DNA of 64,000 nucleotides from Carcharhinus longimanus. Its lineage: Eukaryota. Below the pieces are notes generated by a model. The model did not search any database and was not told the DNA's origin. It worked only from the letters and a program-made list of their open reading frames with translations. How positions within the stretch are numbered: the stretch's first letter is position 1; every line of letters starts with the position of its first letter. The DNA lies in assembly GCA_030264375.1 (NCBI GenBank), contig JASCQW010000156.1:23028706-23092705 (forward strand), written 5' to 3'. Of this stretch, positions 24,370-35,789 are shown one piece after another. The translations under genes and the position numbers were made by a program.

Positions 24370-25500
24370 GTCACTGACTTCCCAACCAGAGGAAGGAATT
24401 GATCCTACCAAAACTATCCATACTTTTAAAACCTTCTATTGAACTGCCTCTTTGCATTCTCTACTCCAGCGGAAATAGTTGCACTATCTTGAATCTCTTC
24501 TCAGAACTATAGTTTCTCATTACCTCATAATTCTGGTGAATGCATGCTTTATACTCACAACGACTTTAATGTTCTTTCTTCTGTAATGGAATGACCAAAG
24601 CTTTCGTGTTTTTGACTTGTGATCTAAACATTCCAAGTGTAAATTTATTATCACTGTACAACTCTTATGCCCTGCCAATGTTCATAAAATCCAAAATTAT
24701 TTGGCTTTTTAGATGGTTTTGCTTACCTTGTATTTTCATGGTGTATTTGAATCTTGAAGTGCACCTGTTCCATTCAGTTCTCATAGTGACTGCATGCTTT
24801 CTCTCTCAAAATATATTACCTCTTACTTCTCTACTTCCTGAAATTGCATCCATCTATGCTGGTATTTTTTCTATTGATTCATGGGATGTGGGCATTGCTC
24901 CCTAGGCCAGTGTTTATTGTCCACGCCTAATTGCTCTTGAGAAGGTGATGGCAAGCTGCTGCCTTGACCTGCTTTGGTCCACGTGATATAAGGTATACTA
25001 TAGTGCTATTAGAGAGGGTGTTCTAAGATTTTGATGCTTCTTGAACTATAGTTCAGTCCTTGCTGTTTGTCAAGTTCCATTCTTCAGTATCATCTGCAAA
25101 TTTCAGTGTCATGTCCAAACTCATCTCTAATCTGGACTGTACCCCTATAGTCCTTGCCCTTCGTTTCCTGACCATTAGCAAATTCTCTCTACACTAATTT
25201 TCTTGTTACCTCGATTTTTTTTTTTTAAAACAAACCTCCTGGGACATATCATATCAAGTGTTTTCTGAACATGCATGCACACTACAAATTCTGCATTCTC
25301 GCCCGGCACCTCTTCCGACAACAATAAAATCTGTCAAATACAGTATGCCTTTAAAAAATCTGTGTCAGCTTGCTTGATTAAGCTATGCATTTCTAAACTA
25401 ATCTTGAGTTTTAGATAACTTTATCCTGTCATGGATTCTAAAGCTGAGTCTACAGCTGAGAGTAATTGTACTTATTCCATTTATCCGTCACCTTTCTTGA
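24370..25500 (-). mobile_element. Old CR1 fragments with a nested LINE 3' end at about 24875-25040
   Basis: Degenerate CR1 minus-strand motifs (tcatctgcaaattt, ctttaaaaaatctgtg). The nested piece shares the tail of the 12070-12870 family. Confidence 0.5.
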
Positions 25501-25589
25501 ACATGTTTTTTTGTTGACAAAAATGTTATTATTGATGTTGTAAGTTCCTAGATCTTTGTTTTATTGCAGTAGTTTCCTATAATGGTTTT

Positions 25590-25742
25590 AAGAACATAAG
25601 AAATAGGAGCAGGAGCAGGCCATCCAGCCCTTCGAGCCTGCTCCGCTGTTCAATAAGATCATGGTTGATCTGTCGTGGCTCAGTTCCACTTTCCCGCCCT
25701 CTCCCCATAATCCTTAATCCCCTCGCTTATCAAAAACCCATC
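25590..25742 (-). mobile_element. Young CR1 3' end running into an N gap
   Basis: aagaacataagaaataggagcaggagcaggccatccagcccttcgagcctgctccgc is the reverse complement of the tail type at 11235 and 35715. Confidence 0.85.
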
Positions 25743-25925
25743 NNNNNNNNNNNNNNNNNNNNNNNNNNNNNNNNNNNNNNNNNNNNNNNNNNNNNNNNNN
25801 NNNNNNNNNNNNNNNNNNNNNNNNNNNNNNNNNNNNNNNNNNNNNNNNNNNNNNNNNNNNNNNNNNNNNNNNNNNNNNNNNNNNNNNNNNNNNNNNNNNN
25901 NNNNNNNNNNNNNNNNNNNNNNNNN

Positions 25926-26135
25926 GTCGTTAGTAATGATGACCATAACTGTCATTGATTGTAAAAACCAAGCTGGTTCACTAATACCCTTTTGGGAAGG
26001 AAATCTGACATCCTTAACCTGGTCTGGCCTACAGCAATGGGTTGACTCCTGTCCTTCTGAAATGGATTAGCAAGCCCCTCAGTTCGAGGGCAAATAGGGG
26101 GGTACTGACCTTGCCAATAATACCTGTATGCCGTA
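25926..26135 (+). mobile_element. 3' half of the SINE family at 20672-21006
   Basis: gtaaaaaccaagctggttcactaataccc...aaggaaatctgacatcc...gcaatgggttgactc...agggcaaatagggg matches the reverse complement of 20700-20860. Confidence 0.65.
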
Positions 26136-29100
26136 AAACAATTTTTTAAAAGTGATTAAAATTTTAAAAAAGATTAGAGCAGTTTTCTTAATAACTGATA
26201 GGGAAAGTATATCTTTACTTTTTTAAAGATGAGAGAACAAGGTTTCATCTTTATTTGTTAACTCAGTTTGTCTGTCTATTTCTATTGTAGTACAAATTCT
26301 GGATCTGTCACTGACTATGGAAAATAATTTCATAGCAAACATAATGGGAGCCAGCTGCTGGATACCACCCTCCCAGGAACTTAATCACAAGTATAATATT
26401 AATACAGCTAAAGTGTGAAACATTTGAGAAAGTTCCTAGTGTAGTGTGTTTGAGTAGCCATCTTTTATTTGTAATTTGAATTTATGGTTTATTTAATTTA
26501 GATTTATGCATCTTTAAAAGATATTGGCACCATGGAAAAATAAGGCTAATAAAAGATCACTTGTAGAGTTTCCTGTACAATCAATTAGCAGTCCTTTTCT
26601 AATTCCTGCAGGATATTGTAACAGTCAGTTTGCACACAACAGTTGAGGTCAAAATCCAATTCATCTCTTTAGCTGGTGTTTAAGTGGTGAACATTGGCCA
26701 AAGTATTTGAAGATATTTTGCAATAATGCTACGAATCCATCTGAACACAGGAAATTGGGCCTCAATCTAATGCCTCATCTGTGAAATAGCACCTTGATTA
26801 AGACCGTTCTTCTTCATTACCCCCTTTAATAAGTAATTTGCACTTATAGAAGCAAGCTGTAGAAGAAAACTGTTACAGAACATGAGGATAAAGAAAGGAA
26901 ATGGGAGAATTGTAGATGGCTGTAACATTGGAGCTAGCACATGTGCTGAAGAACTTCATTCTATAGCAAAGTTTCTATGATAGTACAGATTTTGTACATG
27001 GAAATATTTTGTACTTGTCCTTTAAATGGTCTTGACCTGAGCCAATGATAATACATTTCAACAATTAATTTAGTCCTTCCCCCTTTTTTCATTTGACACC
27101 ATCTCAATTAAATGTTAAAAGATGAGTTTTAGTCCTTGGGTGATGATACCTCGTGCTGAAGAAAGAGTTGGTTGATGAAGTTGTACTGTATGTAACTAAT
27201 TATAGATTTATAGATGTCTGCTTTCAACTTAGTTTAAATAAACATTCTTTGAAATATACAGTTGAATAGACATAAGTTGACCTTTATGTCTGAGCAAAAC
27301 TGTTCTCATGATGCAAGAAATCTGGAATATTTTTCAGTGTGCACCACCCCAATGCCACCACCACCCCCTCAGTAAAATTCCTTTTGTTTTTTAAAGACAA
27401 ACTTGCATTGATAATGCATACTTTCTGTTTGCTTCAATTTTCAACCGATGAAAATTATCCTGTGATTAATACTAGGAAGAAGTTGCATAACGTGGACATA
27501 AAGCAGGAAACAGGAAAAAAGTACAGTGTTATGTTTCCATTGTATATGAACGTAGTTGTGTGGCTAATCTGGCCAGTTGACGAAAAAGCTGTAGGATGAA
27601 AAAAGTAGTGATTGATTTCCTTAATGTTATATTAATGAGTGTTTTTTTTACCACTATAAAAGGACACCATAGAGAATTGCGAATAAGTTATTTTCTTGAT
27701 GAATTTGAATCAGATTTAAGAATTTGAAAATATTCAATATTCCAAAATTGTCTACAGAAATTAAATCAGATGATATCATGCACATATCAGTTCTGGAGTT
27801 CACCAAGAGGCTGAGATGCAGTTTTTGTGTTGTTCTAAATTAATTTCCATATTTTAAAACTAAAGCATTCCAGTTGGAAATGACACACAATTACAGCAAT
27901 TACCAAGATAACTAAGCACATGGAGAGGGTTTAGTAGTTTTTGACCCGTAAAAATCAAGATGGAAGGTATCGTATCCAATTTAAAGAGAATTTTATCATT
28001 GGAAAGCTTTTTGACTGAAAATGTTTTAGGAGAACCCTAGAGATTGTATGGTGTAGGTTGGTCAGCTCAGTGTCATTTTATTCACTGGCTGGTTGGTCAG
28101 CCAGCTCATGTGGCTGGTGGATTGATATGTCTGATAAAGGTGCCTCTGAATTCAGGCACACAAATGTGGAAAACACAATCACAGCATCTTAAGTGCTTTG
28201 CCCCTTTTGGAATAATTTACCTGAATCCATACTTGTTATCCTATGTTGGTAAGTGAATACTGCATGATAAAGAGAACCCAGCTGGTTGTCAGATTAAATA
28301 TGCTTAAATGCCTGGAGATTTAGTTAAACATGGTAAACATTGCACATAAAAGCCCATGTGGATCATTGTCAGAATGCTGTTGTGTCACATGAATTTTGTG
28401 CAAAATAAGGCTGTTTGTTGCAGATCACAGGAAATAGCTTCAGCATAGTTTTATTGTTTCTCCAGGTTCATCGACATGCTGAAAGTGTAGTTTTGATTTA
28501 ATGTTTATGAATGGAAATTCTGAAACAAAAGGCAAGAAATACAGAGTTGACTGGTGAACTACAGACAAATGGAAATGATTGATTTCTGCGATTAGTCTGT
28601 CAGCGAAGAGCTGTACTTCGGGGAAGTGGACTGTAAACCAGAATGCTGTAATATTTTTAATTATTATTCTTAAGTTTATGTGCGTGAAAGTGGATTTCCA
28701 CCAATTAAGAAACATAATAGTAACGTTGTGTAACTGGATACCACCATAAGAAGGCTTATTTTGGCAAACTGTTCCATGTGTATGGGTTGAAAAGCTTGCA
28801 TCTGAATATAGCAACGGCTAGAACTGCTTGTTTGGCTTCTCAGGGCTAGTTTGAACTGGAAATATCCAGTTTGACTTGGCAACTGGCCATGTTACAGTGG
28901 TAATATGAGCTTCACTTCCTTCTCTGGTGGAGTCCTTGTGGTGCAGGGGCTGGGGGGGGAGGCATGTGACTGGCATGAGTCTGTGGTTAACCAAGAAGGA
29001 GGAGGGGTTACATTCTCAGCCAGTGGACTGCGAAGTGCCTGTCAATTAACTTGCAGATGTTACTGCCGCCCCAAAGAAGTCGAGCAGACGTGCGGAAGAG

Positions 29101-29340
29101 TGGCTGAGTGCTCTGGAAATGACTTCAGAGATTAAATACCTTTTATGAGGGATTTCCAACAGCTGTGCATGTTGCAACTTGGAAAAACCTTGCTTGTTAT
29201 TTTTGAATTTTGAATTATTTTTGCATTTTCTTTATGTTTGGTTCAAAAGGGTTTCAAGTATACCATGTTAGGTACTTACTGAATATAATTTATACAGTTT
29301 TAAGATCAGAGTTTGTGGCTTTTGGTGATGTATCAAACAG

Positions 29341-29637
29341 TATAGAATATCATAGAACACTGCAGAGCAGAAAGAGGCCCTTCGGCCCATCAAGTCTGCA
29401 CCGACCACAATCCCACCCAGGACACTAAGGGGCAATTTTAGCATGGCCAATCAACCTAACCCGCACATCTTTGGATTGTGGGAGGNNNNNNNNNNNNNNN
29501 NNNNNNNNNNNNNNNNNNNNNNNCCTGAGCCGGGAATCGAACCCAGGACCCTGGAGCTGTGAAGCAGCAGTGCTAACCACTGTGCTACCGTGCTGCCCAT
29601 GTGCTACTGTGCTGCCCATGTGCTACCGTGCCACCCC
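29341..29637 (-). mobile_element. HE1-like V-SINE with a triplicated 5' end
   Basis: CR1-type tail at 29341-29400, V-domain, box B (gggttcgattccc) and three 19-nt head units at 29581-29637. Confidence 0.9.
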
Positions 29638-30289
29638 TATAAATGTACCAGTATTTACTGATACATTTCTGTAGAATTAGTTATGTTTAAATCCATTAAT
29701 TAAATTGTATTTTTATTAGGGAGCTTCCTTTGTTACCCTCTTCCATAGATAAGCACCTGAAAAGGTCAACTGTGAGTCCCTATTGTACAATCGAATTGAA
29801 TTATTTTTTCCTTTGTGCAAGTTGCTGCATTTTTAACCCACTACTGCACTTTTGCAAAATAAGTCATTTAGCCTTGATAGTTAAACCGTTAGATCTACAG
29901 GAACTTTTACAATGCTGTGAAAAGTCTCCTGCCTGTTCTTGTTCTCAGCCTCCACACACAGACATGCATATTGCGAAGATGCAGTGTTTTAGTATGGCAT
30001 TAATTTGATTCCCTGAAAAATGCTTTACAGAGCCATTTAAAGTAATTGCATAACTTGCAGAAGGGCTCTGTTAACTCCCTACTAACTACCTTCCAGGATC
30101 ATATTAACCTTGCATTCAACAAGGCTGGAAGTGTTCAGTGTGTTAGCAATTTTAAAGTCAACTACAAAGTCAATGATTAGCCATTAATAATATATATACC
30201 CCATTCATTCATTTTCATAGTTTTTGCTTTCATAACGTCTGTATAGCATTGTCACGTTTCTCTTCATTTTGTTTCCTTTGTCTTGCATT

Positions 30290-30825
30290 TCTAGTTTGCC
30301 TCCCACGTTCTGCCCTCCATAAGCTTGACGTCGTCCAAAATCTGCTGCCCATATCCTTAATCTCACAAAATCCCATTTACAATTGCTTCTGTACTAGTTG
30401 ATCAACACTGGCACTCGGTTAAGCAATGTCCCAATTTTAAATTTTTCATTCTTGTTTTCACATCCTTCCATTGCCTGCTCCTCCCTATCTATATAATCTC
30501 CTCCAGCCCCACAACTCTCCAAAATATCTTTGCACATCTAGTTCTGCTCGCTTGAGTGTCCTTGACTTTAATCACTCCACTGATGTACATGCTTTCAGCT
30601 GCCTTGTTCCTAAGCTCTGGAATTACTTCCCTCAAACTCTCCAGTACCCTTCCAATCTTGCCTTTTTTAAAGACACACCTTAAGCGCCACTTCTTTGACC
30701 AAGCTTTTGGCCAAATGCCCCTAAATTTCTTTGTGGCTCGATATCAAATCTTGTTTCATAACACTGCTGTGAAGTGCCTTGTGATATCTCATTATGTTGT
30801 ATGTGCTTTGCAAATACAAGTTGTC
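30290..30825 (+). mobile_element. L2 LINE 3' region
   Basis: PPYLYNLLQPHN, AFSCLVPKLWN and FKTHL-like remnants, followed by the gtgaagtgccttgtga...caagttg tail. Confidence 0.8.
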
Positions 30826-31032
30826 TTTTTCCTTTATCATATGTATTTTTTGTTATTATTTGAACTTGCTCTTGCAACATAGAAAACCCAGTCCCATGCC
30901 GCCTTCAGCTGCTATCCTTTCATCTTCTGACCACATTATCCCACTCCCCATCATGATCTTCCAGAACACTTTGAATATTCTTTCTTCTACACCAGTAAGG
31001 AAAAACACTCCACATTAGATATAATGAAAAGT

Positions 31033-31755
31033 TTTTGATTTGATTTATTATTATTATTATTACATGTATTAGCATACAGTGAAAAGTATTGTTTCTTGCG
31101 CACTATACACAAAAAACATACCATTCATAGAGAAGGAAAAGAGAGAGTGCAGAATGTAGTGACACAGTCATAGCTAGGGGGTAGAGAAAAATCAACTTAA
31201 TGCAAGGTAGGTCCATTCAAAAGTCTGACAGCAGCAGAGAAGAAGCGGTTCTTGAGTCGGTTGGTACATGACCTCAGACTTTTGTATCTTTTTCCCGATG
31301 GAAGGAGGTGAAAGAGAGAATGCCTGTAGTGCATGAGGTCCTTAGTTATGTTGGCTACTTGGCTGAGGCAACAAGAAGTGTAGACAGAGTCAGTGGATGG
31401 GAGGCTGGTTTGTATGATGGATTGGGCTACATTCAGGACCTTTTGTAGTTCCTTGCAGTCTTGGGCAGAGCAGGAATCATACCAAGCTGTGCTTTCTCTG
31501 GTGCATCTGTAAAAGTTGGTGAGAGTCGTGATTTCCAGCTAAATTTCCTTAATCTCCTGAGAAGGTAGCAGGGTTGGCGGGCTTTTGTAACTATAGTGTC
31601 AGCATGGGCGACCAGGACAAGTTGTTGATGATCTGGACATCTAAAAACCTGAAGCTCTCGACCCTTTCTACTTCGTTCCCATTGATATAGACAGTGGCAT
31701 GTCCTCCTCTAGGCTTCCTGAAGTCGATGACAATCTCCTTCGTTTTGTTGACAAC
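31033..31755 (-). mobile_element. Rex1/Babar LINE 3' region with a (TAA)n tail
   Basis: Minus-strand remnant ...PSGKRYKSL...TNRLKNRFFS is typical of the Rex1 ORF C-terminus. (tta)n at about 31045-31062. Confidence 0.8.
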
Positions 31756-33237
31756 AAGTTGTCAGTATTTTTAGACGCTGTGTTCAGTTGTACAAGTATT
31801 AGAACTGAAAAAGTTCAGAAAGAAATAGTAACTGAAAATTTCTACATGTTTGTGAAAATTACCTCGCTTGCTTTCTTTAGTTAGCTTAAGAAAAATACTT
31901 TGTGGCAACTTGAAGTAAATTTGTACAATAACAAGAAAACTCTGCCATTTTCTTTTGTTCATAAACATTTACTCATTTTTACAGTATATTAAAATATTTT
32001 GTCTGCATGCACTATTTATGTGGGTCAGTTCTGTTGTCACTAATTTTTCCATTATAAATTCCCATGCTCATGTGTAATGGAAATTGCCTATGTAAACTCA
32101 TCATCTTGATTGCTCAGTTTGACTACTGTGCCGCACAGTCTGGCCATGACTTGACGATGATTTGTAGAATATCTTTTCAACAGCCATTTCTTCCCCTCTG
32201 TAATTTAAATTTTTGACATCCAATTTTTTAAAACAGTAAAAAATACTAATTTCACAATAACACAACAAACTTTCTCCATTCAGTTGTCCTTTGTGCCCTC
32301 TAAGGACTTCAATTAAGACTTTGCCTTAAGGATTCAGCCTCAGAGCTGTGAGCTGAATTATAATTTTGAAGCCTTCAGCATGTGCAGTGTATCTCCATTG
32401 TTAGCCAGCTGTACTAGTGGATTTTTTTTTGTCTTTAGAGTTTTTAATTGTTTTCGCTCACGCGTTTTTCATAATTACTTGAAGATTAACTCATGGACCA
32501 ATTCCAAAAGTGGTACTGGGATAAAATTCATTGTATGCCTTTTGGTCATGGCAAAGGGCAGAGTGAAGGAAATGATCAGAGACCGGAAAAAAGATGAGAA
32601 GAAAGTCAGTTTCTCCTCAAGTAATGCTAATTTAATGTAAAATGAAGAATTTTGAAGCCTGCTAATTACTTCTCCTGTGTTTTCTTATATTAATGGTTTC
32701 CACCTGTGACAAATTTGAGATGAGACAGGAGAGAGAAATCTATAAATATAAATTTATATCATTTTAGTTTTATTTAAAGAAAGCATATTGAATTTTGAAA
32801 GCTTAAAGCATGATTATAGGAAATAGATGGGAGTGGAGAGTGAAGGAGGCTATCACCAAGACTGCCTACTTTCAAATCTGTTACTGCCCACATCAATCCA
32901 TTCATCCATTCAAACCCTCACTTGTACCATTATTATATCTAGGCTTGTTTTATCCCAATGCTTGACTATAATTGCACATGAAGAATGACATTATCTGAGG
33001 GCGACTATAGAATTGTTCAATTCAAAAATGTTGTAATAAAGTGTTTTTGAAAGTTGGTAAGATATACGAATTGTGCTACCAACGTCTCACTTACCTCGCC
33101 CAGCTCCATGGCATCTCCCTTGATTGTTGCCACCCTTGTCTATTCAGTTGTAGCCAGGATATTTGCAGCAATGGTTTCTCTTTCCAATTTAGGCCATTAA
33201 CTCATGAATCTCCCAAAAATTAATTCTTGACCCTTCT

Positions 33238-33528
33238 TTATCTGGGGTCATAATTTGAGGATGGGGGTAAACCTTTTAGGGCTGAGCTGAGGAGCAATTT
33301 CTTCACCAAGAGAGTGGTGAACTGTTGAATTCACTACCACAGAAAATAGCTGAGGCCAAAACATTGTATGATTTCAAGAAGGAATTAGATAAAGCTATTG
33401 GGGCTAAAGGGATCAAGAGGTATGAGGGGAAAGTGGGATCGGGATATTGAATTTGATGACCAAAATGAATGGTGGAGCAGGCTCCAAAGAGCTGACTGGC
33501 TTAATCCTGTTTCTATTTTCTATGTATC
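33238..33528 (+). mobile_element. CR1 3' end
   Basis: ggggtcataatttgagg...cttcaccaagagagtggtgaa...cctgtttctattttctatg. Confidence 0.85.
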
Positions 33529-34357
33529 CTCCTCCTTGTTGACATCGTCCAAAGCCTTGAGGGTTAACATACACTTATAACCTGACCTCATCAAACACTG
33601 CATTTCCACCAACTTCCTCAATGCTTACACTTTATCCTGTCAAACTGAGTCTGGTAGCCAGTCTTGTTGAGCCTAAGTACCCTGAACACTGGGAAAATTC
33701 TGTGGTCATGTCACCAATGTCTTTCTGCTCAACCACTATTTCAGGCTGAACAAAGACTGCTCACAACCTCTTATTATTTGAGCTGAGCCTCTGACCTCAT
33801 CTTGTTTGTCAAAAAGACGGCCACCAACCGCTCCTTGGCAATGCCGGTAAGCCATCACCATTACACAAGTCCTGTTACTGCCAGAAACCCCAAAAGTTTG
33901 CTTCCTATGACACCCAAGAACCTCACTTTTTAATACAGCCATACCCCTCACCTTTTGCATCTCTACTCCAGGGCTGTATCCCACTTTTCCAAATCATATC
34001 ACTCCACTTTATTTCTGTTCATCTCCTTTTTGTTACCAGCTTAATACATTTTAACTATCATTTTTCTATGGATCCTGAAAAGGCAACATTTAATAGTTAA
34101 ATAAGCCTTCAATCAATATTTGCAATTTTCACCAAAATATGGACGTAATCACATAACTTGAATCTGAAGCTGCCGCAAACACTTTTGGAACTGCCTCATT
34201 CTCAAATCAGACACATGAAATATGGGAATCACAGGCTCTTATGAATCCAATTATACATGTGAAGGTGTCTATTTTATAGAGTTGTTGCTTACTAGATTCG
34301 CTGCAGAAAGTATATTGTGTACAAGTGGATTACTAAGAAAGATCTTTACTTAAACAT

Positions 34358-34552
34358 TCGCCAAAATCTTGCTGCCATTTACATTGGTGGGATCTTGCGG
34401 TCCTGCCACTGGCGTACCCCACCATGAGTTGTCTGGCAGCAAGGGGTGCATTCAGTTGGAAACCCCATTAACCACAAGATCCTGCCACCCACGAGCAGCG
34501 CACTGCCTCCTGCTGTCACCACACATGTCATAAGAGGGAGAAAAGACCGCCA
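34358..34552. mobile_element. GC-rich MITE-like element (inverted relative of 57388-57550)
   Basis: gccaaaatcttgctgccattta...gcaaggggtgcattca aligns with the reverse complement of 57450-57550. Confidence 0.7.
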
Positions 34553-34779
34553 ATTTTAAGAACCAAAATACTAAAGTTTAATTCATTTGCTGCTCTAAAT
34601 AGCACACTATTTTCTTGCTTGTTCAATAATTGATCAAGATTTGTGGTGGGTCTCTACAAAAAAAACACAATACTTTCATTTTTGCACCATTTCTAGGGTG
34701 ACTAGAATCACAACTTTTATTCAAGAAACCTCCTTAATGTCAGACATTCAGTTGGAAATTTCAGCAGCAGCCATGAAAT

Positions 34780-35260
34780 CAAGGGAGATAAGAGGGTAAA
34801 ATGGGTGCCATCCATCTATAAATAGAACTCAATCCCAATATTTTGAATGATGTCATGAAGGCATGCTTGTAAATAATGAAAAGGGTAAATAGTGGAGTCT
34901 GATAGTACACCAGCAACGATCATATATGTACGGATGAGAGAAACTAATGAATGATGTGTTGTAGCACTGGTCTGAGTGAGACCAGTAGAAAACAGTGTCA
35001 ATGAGGCTGCTGCAGAGGAGAGATGTAGACAAAGATAAAATGATAAATAGTGTCAAGGCTAAGTTAAGGGTAGTAAGAACCACAATTTTAGTCATGTTAA
35101 CAGGAACATCGGGTAAAGATATGGAACAAAGAGGCCTCAGAGAAGTTGTAGAGAAGGTTTTGAATGTGCTGAAGTCTGAGTCCTTTGCATTTAGAATGCA
35201 AAGAAACTCCAAGAAGATGGAACAAAGGAAAATAGGAAGAATAGAGAGCTCATTTTGCAA
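34780..35260 (-). mobile_element. Old L2 ORF2 fragment
   Basis: Minus-strand degenerate RT motifs (ccttgacactatttatc, resembling AFDT.DH; DTVFYWSHS, resembling GTALAWF). Confidence 0.45.
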
Positions 35261-35518
35261 ATTTGCAGCTTATTCAGGTACATGATCTGATGCTGTGTTT
35301 TTGGTGTAATTTTATAGTGATTCAGAATTTTCACTTCAGTTGAGAAATTAATTTCTACGAGATAAGTGCATATCATCTCAAATGTGAAGTTCTCCGTTTT
35401 ACGTAAGCCCTGACTTACATAGTGTTTGACGGGGGATTTCTCCAGACATAACCACACCCCAAACAATCCAGCTTATAAAATTGCATTTTTGTTTTGTTTC
35501 AAAATTGTAATTGTCTGG

Positions 35519-35789
35519 GTACCTAGATAGACTAATAGGACTGATGGTGGACAAGTCCCCAGGACCGGATGGAATGCATCCCAGGGTTCTGAAGGAAATG
35601 GCAGAGGTGATAGNNNNNNNNNNNNNNNNNNNNNNNNNNNNNNNNNNNNNNNNNNNNNNNNNNNNNNNNNNNNNNNNNNNNNNNNNNNNNNNNNNNNNNN
35701 NNNNNNNNNNNNNCTTATTGAATGGCGGGGCAGGCTCGAAGGGCTAGATGGCCTACTCCTGCTCCTATTTCTTATGTTCTTATGTACCT
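35519..35789 (+). mobile_element. Young 5'-truncated CR1 collapsed around a 100-N gap
   Basis: LDRLIGLMVDKSPGPDGMHPRVLKEMAEVI, then the gap, then a CR1 tail. GTACCT direct repeat at 35519-35524 and 35784-35789. Confidence 0.9.
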
